From NCBI GenBank assembly GCA_965649765.1, contig OZ287751.1, forward strand, positions 63,612,001 to 63,676,000: DNA of 64,000 nt, written 5' to 3'. The position numbers were made by a program, and so were the translations under genes. Positions within the stretch are counted from its first letter, which is position 1, and each line of letters starts with the position of its first letter. The notes below the pieces were generated by a model that was not told the DNA's origin, did no database searches, and saw only the letters and a list, made by a program, of their open reading frames with translations. This stretch comes from Bispira polyomma. Taxonomy: Eukaryota. Positions 12,801 to 26,200 of this stretch are shown here, piece by piece.

Positions 12801-14193
12801 ATCTTGAGAGGTAGCTTGAAAATCGCCTAAATCTTGGGAGGTAGCTCTAAAATCGCCCAAATCGATATAGGTTAGACAAAAAAACAATTAATAATTTTGA
12901 CTTGCATGAATCACTACAAAACACAAAAACATATGAGTAGGGTAATTTTGTCAAAGTTACAGGTTGGAGACAGAAAACAATTAATTCTGATTTGTATGAA
13001 GAGCTACCTGTTTACCATGAAAACATATGACCAGGCAATTTTGTCTAAGTTGAAGACAATAAATATAGATACAGCAATTTAATCCAATTAAAAAAACTTC
13101 TATACCTCACAAAACCATATAAGCAGGGTGATTTTCTCCAAGATATAGGTTAGAGACCAAAAAACAACTAATAATTTTGACTTGCATGAATCACTACAAA
13201 ACACATAAAACATACTAGTAGAGTGATTTTGTCCAAGATATAGGTTCGAGACAAAAAAACCCCAATAATTTTGACTTGCATGAATCACTACAAAAACATA
13301 AAACATATGAGTAGGGCGATTTTGTCCAAAATATAGGTTAGAGACAAAAAACACATTATAATTTTTACTTGTATGAATAACTACAAAACACATAAAACAT
13401 ACTAGTAGAGTGATTTTCTCCAAGATATAGGTTAGAGACCAAAAAACACATTATAATTTTTACTTGTATGAATAACTACAAAACACAAAAACATGAGTAG
13501 GGTGATTTTGTCCAAGTTATAGGTTGGAGACAAAAAAAAATTAATTTTGATTTGTTTGAAGAGCTACCTGTTTACCATGAAAACATAGGACCAGGGCAAT
13601 TTTGTCTACGTTGAAGGTTTAAGAAAAAAACCAAAACAATTTTCTTAAAATTGCTTAAATAAAAAAAAATATAAATACATTCACACCATTTTTCTTCAAC
13701 TATCTCAGGCAATATTCATTATAGCTTAAAATTTTTTAAAAGTACAAAAGGAAACCTTTCTGGTGATGCCAAAACGAAAATTATGTGTCCAGTATTAATA
13801 TAGACACAGCCATTTATTTTTCGGGAAATAAAATACGTTTTGCGCGAATGTCAAATGTTTGACTTTTAGTATAAACCCTCACATCCGGTCTCACGATCGG
13901 TAAACATCAACAAATAGGTAAATTTGTCACATTTTCATTGATAACTTCTATACTAGTAAAAAATTTGAGTCATATACAGAGTATGCCAAATATTCGGTGT
14001 GAATTTAAAAGCTTAACTCCTAGCGGTTTCTGAGATTATCTTGTCGACACGTTTTGAGGCCTTTTCCATATACAGTGTAGTATATAAACATCCAAGCTAT
14101 GTGATAAGTCCAGCTAACACCTACTAGTAGGTGTCACCTGGCCTAACAAAAGGCCACCTTACATTGAGAACCTTTTCAAAAATAACCTGTCAC

Positions 14194-14230
<37 letters not shown>

Positions 14231-17200
14231 TACCCCCAGATATTATTGGGACAGAAATTTCCTACTTGTGTGACTTTTGTAAGAAACCCCTTTTTTCCAC
14301 ATCTGACAAAAGGGAAGAAAACTCCTTTCACATGGACAAAAGAATTCTATTCAGTTTTCAAACACTTCCAAACCAACCAATATCTGGACTTGACATTTAT
14401 CCCACAACAGAATCACCCCCAACCCCCCCTCCGCTCTCCTTCCCCCATCTCAAAGGCCTTTTAATGAAAGAAGTCAAATTATATGCAATGTCAAAATACT
14501 GATTGGCGCTATTCTGTTCAGTGGTGGTAGAAAAATTGACAAGTTGCTACACTCTAAACACACGTCCCCCCCCCCCCGTCACCCCCTTCCTTCTTCAAAC
14601 TTAGCTCTTATTTTTTCTTTTTTAACATTTCTTACAAAGTAAATTCCCTACTTTTAAAAGGAACTCCCCATTAATATATACATACATCTATGATGAGGAA
14701 TGGAATCAATTTGTACAGCTGTGTAATATAATAGATGTTGGGTGTCATAAAAATCTGCTCCTAAAGCATCTTATAGGACCATTAATAGAACACTTCTCCC
14801 TGTGCTTTAAAGCTTGTTAATGTGAAGCCTCAGATGACTTGTTAGCAATTGCAAACAGATCAATCACCAGAGGCTCATGAATAGAGAACACACACCAATA
14901 GAAATACAGTAGAAAAAAAAACTCAAACAATGAACAGAATGAGGAGGGGAAAAATCTTTAATACTTCAGGTATTAAAGGTATTAATTCGATAAAAAACTC
15001 GCTGAAAAAAATCTTAAAAACTAAACACCGGTTCCGCTCTCTATCTCGTCCATGTTCCCGTAAATGTCCTTCCCCAACTTTTCAAATATTATAAAAAACG
15101 GCGAATTATTTTTGCAAAAAATGTATCATATAACAACAAATATCATAAAAAAAGTATCAAAAATCATTGTTTTTATATGCAAAACTTAGTAAAACATACC
15201 AGTTTAAGGTAACTTGGTCATATAACCAACCATCATTTGCGCTTCCTGTGTACACCAAGAATGATGACGTTTTATCAGCTGGGAGCATCTGTACTTTCCC
15301 GTACACAGTTGGAGATAAACATAACAAAATGGGGCTGTTTTTCGTAAGGAATTGTATGGATTTGTTGATTATTCTATTTCACAGATAAAATAGGTGATTT
15401 TGATGTACTTTATGTCATTTTATAGTGTTTATACATATCAAAGCGAAAAAACAAGTTATCGTAACGGCCCATTCTCGCGAATGCCCACCCCCAACTTCTT
15501 TGAATTTTCGTCATTTTAGCCCCTGGTCGCTTCCAAGAGCGGAACCTGTATATGCATTAAAACTTTGAATGTCTATAATTGAGGTATGGTAAAAGACAAC
15601 AGGTTCTGTGGCAATCCTTAATTCACATGTCTTAAAGAAATTCTCCTAATGCTCTATAATGTTACCATGGTAACCTTGATACTGCTCCTTCAATCTGATC
15701 ACGCCAACATGTATCTTGCTATGATATCTGTCATTTTATACATAACTGGCCCATCTATTGTTCAGAGGTAGGGTAAACTGAACTTTCACCATGGGTCCTA
15801 ATAGTCTTGAAAGAAAAGTCCAGTTCAACTCAGACTTAACCTTCAGATCTCAGATCACCCTAATCTAAACTATTTTAACTTCTATAGCGCTTAATCTCTG
15901 TGCCAGCGGATTCTAAGGCCCATGAGCCAAGAAAATAATTTTCATAATTTTGTATAGCCATTGAGAAGTACATGGTTAATGACTCTCAGTCCCTCAAACT
16001 TGTAAGGCTGGTTTCCAATTTCGACTGGTACTGGAGACTTCCAGAGTCCCTGAGCATGTGCTTGAATTTCTCCTGTACACTATAATATAATATCCACCCC
16101 CCCCCCCCCCCCACCCCCCCCCCAGTAAAAGGTAAGGACTGTAAAGAATCGCCCCTGTCTACCTTTATATTCTGCTAGATCAAGAAACAAACGGTCATAA
16201 ATCTGCTTCAGGTGTTGGGGACCTAACAAAGATGTTTTCTCTAAGATTTCATCTGTGAACTCTGTTCAGATACTTCCTCCCCCCCCCCCCCCCACCACCC
16301 TATATCTCTATAGCTGGCCCTCTTGACTATCAACCCATTCAGCTACACACACCTGTGCTTGGCTACATTACACAAGGACTAATGAATCAGGGTCTTATAT
16401 ATGGATATTCAATTATGATGAATTTCGTCTGTAAAAAGGCTGCATTTCAATGGAATTCAATGCAAGGGCTTGGCTTTTATGTCTGGAATAAAATACATGG
16501 GAATGTTTCTTCCAGTTACAGATTGAATGGTCGGAATGACAAATTAACGATAACGCCCCTTGCAATATTTCTATTCAAATGTGGCACTTCCGTGAGCTAT
16601 GGAGCTCAAATTGGGGTTGGGGAGGTTAACGTTTGAAAAAAATATTTTTTATAATTTGATATATGCATTTCTTTGGACATTTAGAGACATAAAATGACAA
16701 AGAAAAAATACGTTTTTTGCAGTAAGGAATACTTTGCATAGAAAATAGAAGCCACTAAATCCAGTAGAACTTCACCTGTCCAAACATAAAATAATATAGA
16801 TTTACACAGGAAAGGATTTTTAAAAACTGATTATCTACATAATTAATGTTTAGCATCAGTTCAGGTAACGTTTCTTCTGTTACACAGAATTTAAAAATAT
16901 CAGAAAAAGTGTCTTAATTGAACTAAAAATTATTGAAGATATATACCCTTCGTAATGAAAATACCTAAAATGGGGTAGCATAAAGCATGACCTTGAACTG
17001 TATGTTTGACCTTGACTTTACAAAAGACTAAGTCCCCCCTGTGATTGCCACCCACAAAGATATTTTACCATGGGACATCTCTACAAAGTTCCAGGCTAAT
17101 AAAAAATACATTGCCTTCCATTTCTATTTACGTCTGATGGTTACTGTACATGTGCCACAACTGCAGCTCAAAAAATGCTGGATAAACATATTATACATGT

Positions 17201-20200
17201 ATAAATATACAACAGCACTAATCAATCCAATCACAAGCCTACCAATATCAACCCTAGAGATTTGTTTCCCATTGGTCTAAACAAAACATGAAGAGAGTGT
17301 GGACTGATTCACTACACCTGGTATATGTGAAGTACTTAAGCAATCTAGGGTGACTGCTTAAACTCAAACTTACCACATTATAATATAGGACTAAGCACCA
17401 ATTAACAGCACAACAGATGGAATACAGTTTTCTCAAATGTACTGCTATTAACTATTAAGTAATATGGAAAAAATCATAAAAGATTTTATAAAGGTGGGAG
17501 ACCAGATATATGGAGATATTAAGGTGTGGGTTTTTAGTTTGAGAGTTCTCATCAAGCTGTACAGTACACAGAGTCTCTCTGGTTTGCACTGATCCATTCC
17601 TAAGCATGGGATTCACATGATCCAGATGGATACAATCAATCCAGCAGCTCATTTACCACCACCAACATCTAACACAGATACAGCAGACCCATTATACAGC
17701 TGAACACACACCCACCCATACATGCACTGGGATACACAGCCCCATACAGGCACTTGAGACACACATCTACTAAGACACACATTCAGGCACACAGCCAGAC
17801 CCACAGCTATGCAGGCATTTAAGAGGCAAAGCCAGGCCCACACCCATACCGACACTGGAACACATAGCCATACCCATTTACACAGCCATACAGGCACTCA
17901 AGACACACACTCGGACACACATCCAGACCCATACACAGCCATACAGGCCCATAGCAATGCAGGCATTTAAGAAGCAAAGCCAGGCCTACAGCCATAAGGG
18001 CAGTCAGACTCAGACATATCTATCCACACACCCATACGGTCACTCAGACACAAAACCAGACCCACACACCCACCCATACATGCACTCAGACACAGCCAGT
18101 CCTACAGTTATACACACATCCAGGGTAATATAAGTAGGGCAATTAGTGCCAATTACTTAACAGAATCAAACAACTAGGAAACATCTTGGGACAGTTTGGA
18201 GTTAATAAAGCATTTGTGTATTTGAGCTGATGATAAAGACAATATCTAGCAGATCATTGTGGATGGTGGTACAGTGAGGTGGATGTCAATGAAGGGAGGA
18301 GAAGAGGAGGGGGGATATGTGTGTGTGTTTGGGAGAATAAATAAACAGGATTTCATCAAACAAACAGACTTGGCAAAATAACCCACACAGAGGGATGATG
18401 CTGAACAGCAGAGATGACTTCAATTTGGTGGAGGAGGGTTTGTTCATCACAAAGAACAGAAACTGATGCTGATTTGTATCCCAAGATACCAAGTGGGGGA
18501 GAAGGGGAGTAGAGGAGGGAGTTGTACTAGAAATGTAATATAAGTATCATTGGATTTATACTTAGCACATATATCTATCTACTTTCAACTGGTATTCACA
18601 TTGCTAATTAACCCTTTTCTGACTGCAACAGTCTATTGCCTCATGCCTCAGCTACTGTCATTCCCCAAACTGAAGAGAGAGGCTTGAGAATGACTATTTA
18701 TCAAGATCCCTAAAGACCGCCATCTGGTTTTCTGAGCCACTAGGCAAATGTGTGTACACATCTTGCCCAAGGAGTGATGAAAATAATTTTAGTGCTTAAT
18801 TAATACATCTTCCCTGACAAAATTGTATAAAGGATGTATTGATCTTTAAGTTATTATTGCAATTTCTTCTGTACAGAAAACCGGATGAGTAAAATTTTGA
18901 AATCTGAATAATTATAATCTACAATTTTTTCTGTCAAAACCTTAATAGTCCGAGTCACATAAAAAAAGGTTAATTTTTATCTCTACAAAGAAATTACCTG
19001 TCCCTCCAAATAAACCTATACATGTATACAATATAGCCCTAGATTCAATACTTAAAATTTTCATATTATATTACACTTGGGTGCCGTGTAAAATATGTTA
19101 AATAGCTGGACACAGATCTAACCTTATTCAACCTACAAGTCAGTTGGTGTACTAACCTAATTTATAACTGGTTACAGATCTTTCTGTACCAGTTTATTCA
19201 CTAATTGGACTAATTGGATACAACACTGTAATCTGTCACATGCACTCTTGACAGAGTTCATTTGAATCAACTAAAAGAGCAACTGAGTAAACTCTGCCTG
19301 TCTTAAAATATATAAACTTTCAATTTCCTATAAAATGTTAAACCCACCAAGAGGGCTGGATCTCTGGAGCTTTCTCAATCGTTGCCCCCACATTATGAAA
19401 TGGTTTCCCTTGTGGAGCTGAGATAGTGACCTATCTCTTCAAACTCGTTTACCCCCCTTAGTTCCCTCCCTGTACACCCCTACATCCTCCATATGACCTG
19501 GCCATGTTTTTTAAAAATTTTCTATTGGTTATTTGATTCAGTTGTTTCACTTTAAAGATGTCTCCCATCAATGAGACCATGTATATTTCCATCAAAACCT
19601 CTGGTATCTAAAATTTATGTCGGACAATACGCACGACCAGTCTCCTAAATTTAACCTTAACCTACTCTTTTAAATATCAAATAACTGCTATTCTCATTTT
19701 ATCAACCTGTTTAGTACTGTTGGGAATTTGTTTCTTTTTTTCTGAGTCGATTAATCGGCTAATTTTCCGACTGATGATTGACCTGAGATGAAATTTTATT
19801 GCTTGAAAAATTGTGATACTCAATACGCCATCCGGGACAGAATATAAAGTGATCCAGTGAGAATTTGGTTAGCTTCAGATGTTCTGAGATTTAGTATGTA
19901 AAGCTGATCTACATACGAGTTCCTGTAGACAGGGCGATAAACAGAAACAAATTTTAAAGTGCAACAAATTGCTTTACTTAGCAAAGTTATTTCTTGAATA
20001 ATTGATTAAATGAAATTAAGACTGATCGACTACAATCTTGGGAGTAACACAGATGATTTATTCGACAAGATATCTAATCGTCACCCCACTACTGACTAGG
20101 CTGATTAACCAAACAAATTTTGGTCTCCAAAATGTCTGGATAACAGGTGTGTTGTATATAGAGTGCTCAGTACATTGGTATAAGTCACTTACAAGGTGTT

Positions 20201-23200
20201 GATGTTACTAAGGCCCCAGAATGCCCCGTCAGAAAGCTGGGTGATGTTGTTTCTCTTTAGTTTCAAGGTAGACAGCTTCTCAAGGCCACTAAAGGTCAAG
20301 CCAGCAATGACTTCTAGTTTGTTTCTGTACAAATCACTGAAAAAAAAAAACAAATAAATATATTATACATATTTATATGTATAAATAATTTGCAACTCAC
20401 TGCATAATGAAACCACTGGGTTATCTTTTCAAGAAATAAATTAATTTATTTTACAAAAACATGAATATAAACCAATCATATTGGGGTTTTTTCATTCACA
20501 AACAAAAACATTAATTAGTGATTAACTTCTTCCAAAAACACACTTTATTTACGGAAACACGATACGTTCAGATAGAAGTCAATACGGGGACCAATTAGTG
20601 ACAATTTTTCTCTCTCTATATTTTGATATGGTGTTCATATTTTTCTCAGGAGCCAAAGGTCTCCCAGTCTTGAAAACTACCCTGGTAAAATAAACCACCC
20701 ATATATATTTATTCTTTTTCATTCAAACTGCAACCGGAAAATTGCCTGTGACCCCCAGATCAGTGTAAGATGACTACAAACATATACTAGGCACTGAAAA
20801 CTCCTGATATCTTATCCAGCAATCTACAAACGTTTGCCCTCATTAGCAAAGGGGGTAAAATAACAAGTGTTTTGGAGATGACAAACATGATAAAGAACTA
20901 GAAAGTCCAGGACACCTGTACAATGTATAAGGAATTAGACCTGGACAGAGATATTCTGCAGCACCACTTAAAACAAGGCCTATCTGCACATACATGTATA
21001 GTCATTCATATTGTGACCAAGGTGATGAAGTTTTTCAAGTGTACCAACCAGATACATCTGGGGTTATATAAGGTATTTCTACATATAAATAAAAAAGATG
21101 CAACTATTAGGCAAGAACTATGTGCTGCAAGGTTTTCAGTTCAAATAGCAATCGAGACATCACAAGAACGCAAGAACCTTGCTAATTCCAAATTACCAAT
21201 GCAAGTATAACAAACATATTTTGATACAACAACTTTGATCTATCATCAGCTTAGTATTTATGGAACTTTTGTGTGCATCAGCAAAAAGTTTTTGTTGAAG
21301 TTCTGTTTTTATTTCAGTTTAAAAATAATTTTGAGATATGTAATTCCTGTTAACATAAATTCAAATAATGATTAATCAAGCACATAGTGAAGAATATATA
21401 CTAGGATTGGAGTTTCTGTCAACAGAATTTCAAATTTTATTAGATTGGAATTTTCTGTCCGGACGCTTTACGTGCACCAAGAAATTTAACAGTTTGGTCT
21501 AACTTTAAAAATAGCTCTACCAGGGTTTTTCTGATACACTTTAATAGTGCAAAACCTGGTAGTTTATTGGCAGATAAATCATATTTTATGGCTTTACTTT
21601 CTAAAGTGCCAACAAAAACACCACCATAACAGGGGAAATGGGGGTTGAACTTGTGTGAGAGATTCTCTGTACTGATCTAGTACTACTCAAAGGAAAGAGA
21701 TCTTGCATAGTTTATATGTTTTGTTTAGACGTTCCAACACAAACTTTACGGTCAGACAGAAAGGAATCTAAAGACAATTTTGAAATGTGTGTGTACATGT
21801 TAAGCAGAGACCCAACAACAAGAAAATGAACCAGGTTTTTTTTTCTGAGATCATGTAAAATAAGACTGTACCATCTATATGGTCAACTATATATATATTG
21901 GCAGAGTCCACCACGCAGGGAAAGAAGAGGGTTTTAAAAGCCAAAGTTTGAGTATTATCTTTAGAGTCAGTGTTATTGGTTTGAGGACACAACACCTGTC
22001 CCCATGTGAGATTTATTGTTTTCTACCTGGTATTGAAATTCATCAAGCCATATAAAGCAAGATGTTTATCAAGTTATCTATCATGTTAGGGACTCTTATC
22101 AGATGACAAGGACAAATTGGAGGTCTGTATAGAACATAATAAAGGATCACTAAAAAAATTCGCTACCAATTTGCCAACTCTTACAAAACCACTATAGTTT
22201 TATATCAATGAAAGTCATAGATCAATCATGCACTTTTGTGACCCAATTAGGTGGATTTCAACATGTAGTATTGGAAAAAAATAAATTTCACAGTTTTAAT
22301 TTTTTTTGAACATCTCTATACCCTTAGCAAGCGTGGTGACTATTTATACTTAAGGGCAAATTTTAGCCTCTTTACTGCCTTTATCAGTGAGAGATGTAGC
22401 ATATTCTCGACCTGTATTCTATCATAACTCATTTCATGCTTGACTGCTTTGAAATCTTCCTTTAAAATCTGAGGCCACTTGGTGTAATGTGTTTCTAAAC
22501 ACAGACCAGTTTCAGAGCAATTATTGAAATACAATTTTGCATGTTGCTACAAGTCAATCTACCAATTTGGGGGAAGTCAAGGTTGTATTTAGTTTTTAGG
22601 GCTTGTGCAGATTTCTTAAAAAAATATTTAGGGTTTAATTAAAAGAAGCAACTTTATAATCGTTTCTATCAGAAATATTTCGGCAGGGCTGAGGTGACTT
22701 ATAACTCTTTTATAAAATTTCCTAGGGTTAATGTGGAAATACAGTAGAGCCTCTGTTATCTGAACATGTTCGCAGAGCAACATTTTGTTTGGACAAGAGA
22801 AGGTTTATAAAATAGAAGGGACAATTCTGTACAAAACAATAGGAAAAACCTAAATTTGGGAGAGTGCAAATAAGTTTATAAAATGGAATATTCAGATAAT
22901 GGAAGTTCAGATGATAGAGGTACTACATTTGTGCTGAAGAAGGAAATTTTACAACTGTTTCTCAAACAGAAATTTTGGCAGGACTGGGGGGTGGGGGGGT
23001 GGGGGGGGTGTATTTAAAATAACTGATTTAAAATGTTCCTTGGTTAACTTGGAAGTGAAATGAGTACCGGTACTAAAACACTAGCCATAATAAAGAGAAT
23101 TTAAAATGGGTCCACAACAAATCAAGTCAAATCCGTCCCTGGGACAATTGATTTTTTTTACTGCGTTAATAACCAGCCAGACCTCTTTATTAATCCATTA

Positions 23201-26200
23201 ATGCAATCATTATGCGGTGCCAGAAACTAACAGCCACAGAACACTGACCATTTAAAGCAGTAGAAAGCAGTTTCATTTCACCAGATACAGTGAATTTGTT
23301 TTATATATTGGAACATAACTGCCAGATATATCCCAGTTTATGGAGTTTTTAGGGAATGTTGTGCAAAAAGAAAGATCCCAGTCCACCTAATAACTAGTGA
23401 ACAAAAGCAATTCACACGTCTTAATGAGAGACATTTACTCTAATATAAAACTTCGTCATCAAAAAGGGGGTGGGAGGAGTGCTGGGACTTGTGTAATGTA
23501 CAGTAATATCTAATTCAGGCCGGTGTGTTTTTTATGGTCAATAATGCTTGCATCGCATGCTGTAAGGCCATGAAATGAAATGTTTCCTTTCTCTTTACTG
23601 CAATGCACTGGGGAGAGAAAGATTGTGATGTAAATGGCATGAACAAAAACATCATTGATCATGATGTACTGTAATGGCAATGATGTTAAAGCCTTCTTCT
23701 TGTGTGTAGGTTCATATGTATGGGGATAGAAACTATCCTCATTTAGTTAGTTCTTCATTTTATCAAAATGCCTTCACCATTTCAATCAGAACAATAAGAC
23801 AAACAATTTTATAACCTTACAAAAGTAAAGGAAAAGTGAGGGTTTTTTTTTTTGTGTACTTGCTGTGCCACAAGCCGCCTACATGGAAACATTCCACTGT
23901 TTTGATGACGATCGATTTTATAACCGCAAGCTGCTGTGCACATGGAAACATCCACTTAGCCAGATTCTTAACATACAAGGTAGTCCCAATAATATCTGCA
24001 TTATCGGTCATACCAGGACCATTAACACATGTAAAGCAAATGTATATTGAACAATGCTTTTTTTATACAACATATGATACTCGAGAAGAAACGACAAGGC
24101 AATTTGCTTACTTCTTGGTAATAGATGTGTTATTTATACTTTATTCACCCGAGTGATGATCCTCTTATTACTTCTACACATTAATAACATATATTATATA
24201 TACACCTGAAAACTTACATATAATACACAAGGAGTTTTTAAATGTTTGAAACTTGACAACTGACAAGTGTTTACTGTAATTTTGTCACACATTTTAAAAT
24301 CATAGGTAGTAAGTACAAAGACGTTATGGCCCCAAAAAATCGTTCACGAGTTTAAAAACTACTTTTCATGGTAGTTACACCTGTATTGTCCAGCTTTAAT
24401 ACATGCAATTTTCATTCTGTATCACAGTCGCACAGAGACATGTTAATTATGCCAATTTACTTTAAACAGAAGTTAAGAATGACAAGATTCCACCTTACAC
24501 CCCCTCTCCCCATCTCAGTCAATATAGTGACAGGCAGTTTTCTTTAATAATATTTCTATATAGTGAACGACACAACACATAAAAACACACCCTAGATATC
24601 AGTGGAAAGTAATTATAGGTGAGGCCTATCTGCGTTTTAAAAAGGGAGTAATTATTTTGATTGTACAGGGTGATACAACCTTTTCAAGTCGGCCCGACTA
24701 CCACTGAGCGACGTACAATACAGTGGCACCAGGACACTGAGGAATAGTAGTCTGCTTACACACACAAAGTGTTTTAGAGTCAAACCTCAATATTTCTACT
24801 CTCTATGAAATAATAAGGAAACGTCACAATTCACGTCTGTCTTTAATGAAAGGTTGAATGAGGATTCAGGAGTTTTACTACCCCCCCCCCCCCCCCCCCC
24901 CCAAAAAAAAATAACAAATAGTATTTAAATAAATTAAAAAAAAAAAAAAAAAAAAATAATAATTCAAGAATGTGGACCATAGATGTCATTAATTATACAT
25001 TTATAAAATAGTTCACAAAGAGTTTTCTCTAGAAAAATAAATCATTTCCTTAACTGTTTACAAAATGCATGTCCTGAATTGATATCATTTTGTTGTTGTA
25101 ACATTCCGTGTTTATTCCCCATTACCAAATCGTCAACATTTAAAATAATGACTGGGTCTTGTGTATTGAATGCCAGTCAGAAAGGAAGAAGAAATCGAGT
25201 GAGGAGGGGGTAGAAACACCTGTCACCTTCACCTGTTTACATGTCACCTTTCTAAAATTCTTTTTTGCTCCAAAATACTATATGAACACCAAGTAGGTTA
25301 AGGAATCTAAAATTCGCCGATGTATCTGAAATTTGCTACCTAGAAAATGTTCTGTTTTTGCTAGAATTGTGGGTAATAATTGCTGAAATAAAGATTTTTG
25401 TGACAATTTTGCCTGAACTTACCTGAATTCCATTTTTTTTTTTGCTTTTTATTGGCTAAAATTTTAGGGGTAGCAAATTCCAGATACAGCGGCGAATTTT
25501 AGATTCCTTACTCTAACAGAATACACCCAGTGAGAGATGGGGATTATAATCAGCTTGGTCTCCCAATTGACATTTCAGATGCGTCTCCACCCGTTTGTCA
25601 ATACAAAACAGCCCACATAGAACTCTTAAAGGTATAAGTTAGAACACGATAATAACTAACTCTACTCCCCCCATATTTTGTAGTCAAATACAAACTTACC
25701 ACTGTGGTTATAATAATACTATTCAATAATTAGAGTTATACAAGATACAATTCAAGCAAAATAAATATTATCTAGTAAAACGCCACATGTAACAATTTAC
25801 ATTTTGCAATTAGAACATTATAGCAATTAACTAATACGTCCACAAAAGTACACTTTTTTAACTCTTACCATCATAGTTTATAATCTAATTCTCTCGCTTC
25901 AGGCAAACCTAATTTTCCCAATATCAATGACAAATTTACTACTTCAGTTTTTGTTTTGCTATCGCCTTAGGCAGTCCAAAGCTGTAACATACCTGTATAG
26001 AACAGAGGTTTAGAAATGGGCCATGTGTACTACCAATGTAATCTAATCTAATCTTTATAGCACTTAATCTCTATACTAGCGGATTCCAAGGCGCATTAGA
26101 CAGGAAAATCATTCTCGTAATCATATAGCCATTGGACGTACAGGGAGGGGGGTGTCATGACCAGAAATGGTAAGGAGTCCAAGGTGGAAAAACCTTGCTT

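Larger units (their letters stand above)
12316..14149. mobile_element. Helentron-associated (HINE/DINE-1-like) non-autonomous element with internal satellites
   Basis: Starts AACAAG, then a perfect 16-bp palindrome GTGGTCCATGGACCAC (12328-12343). Ends with a stem-loop centred on the perfect 18-bp palindrome ACACCTACTAGTAGGTGT (14117-14134). Contains tandem arrays and no ORF. Confidence 0.6.
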
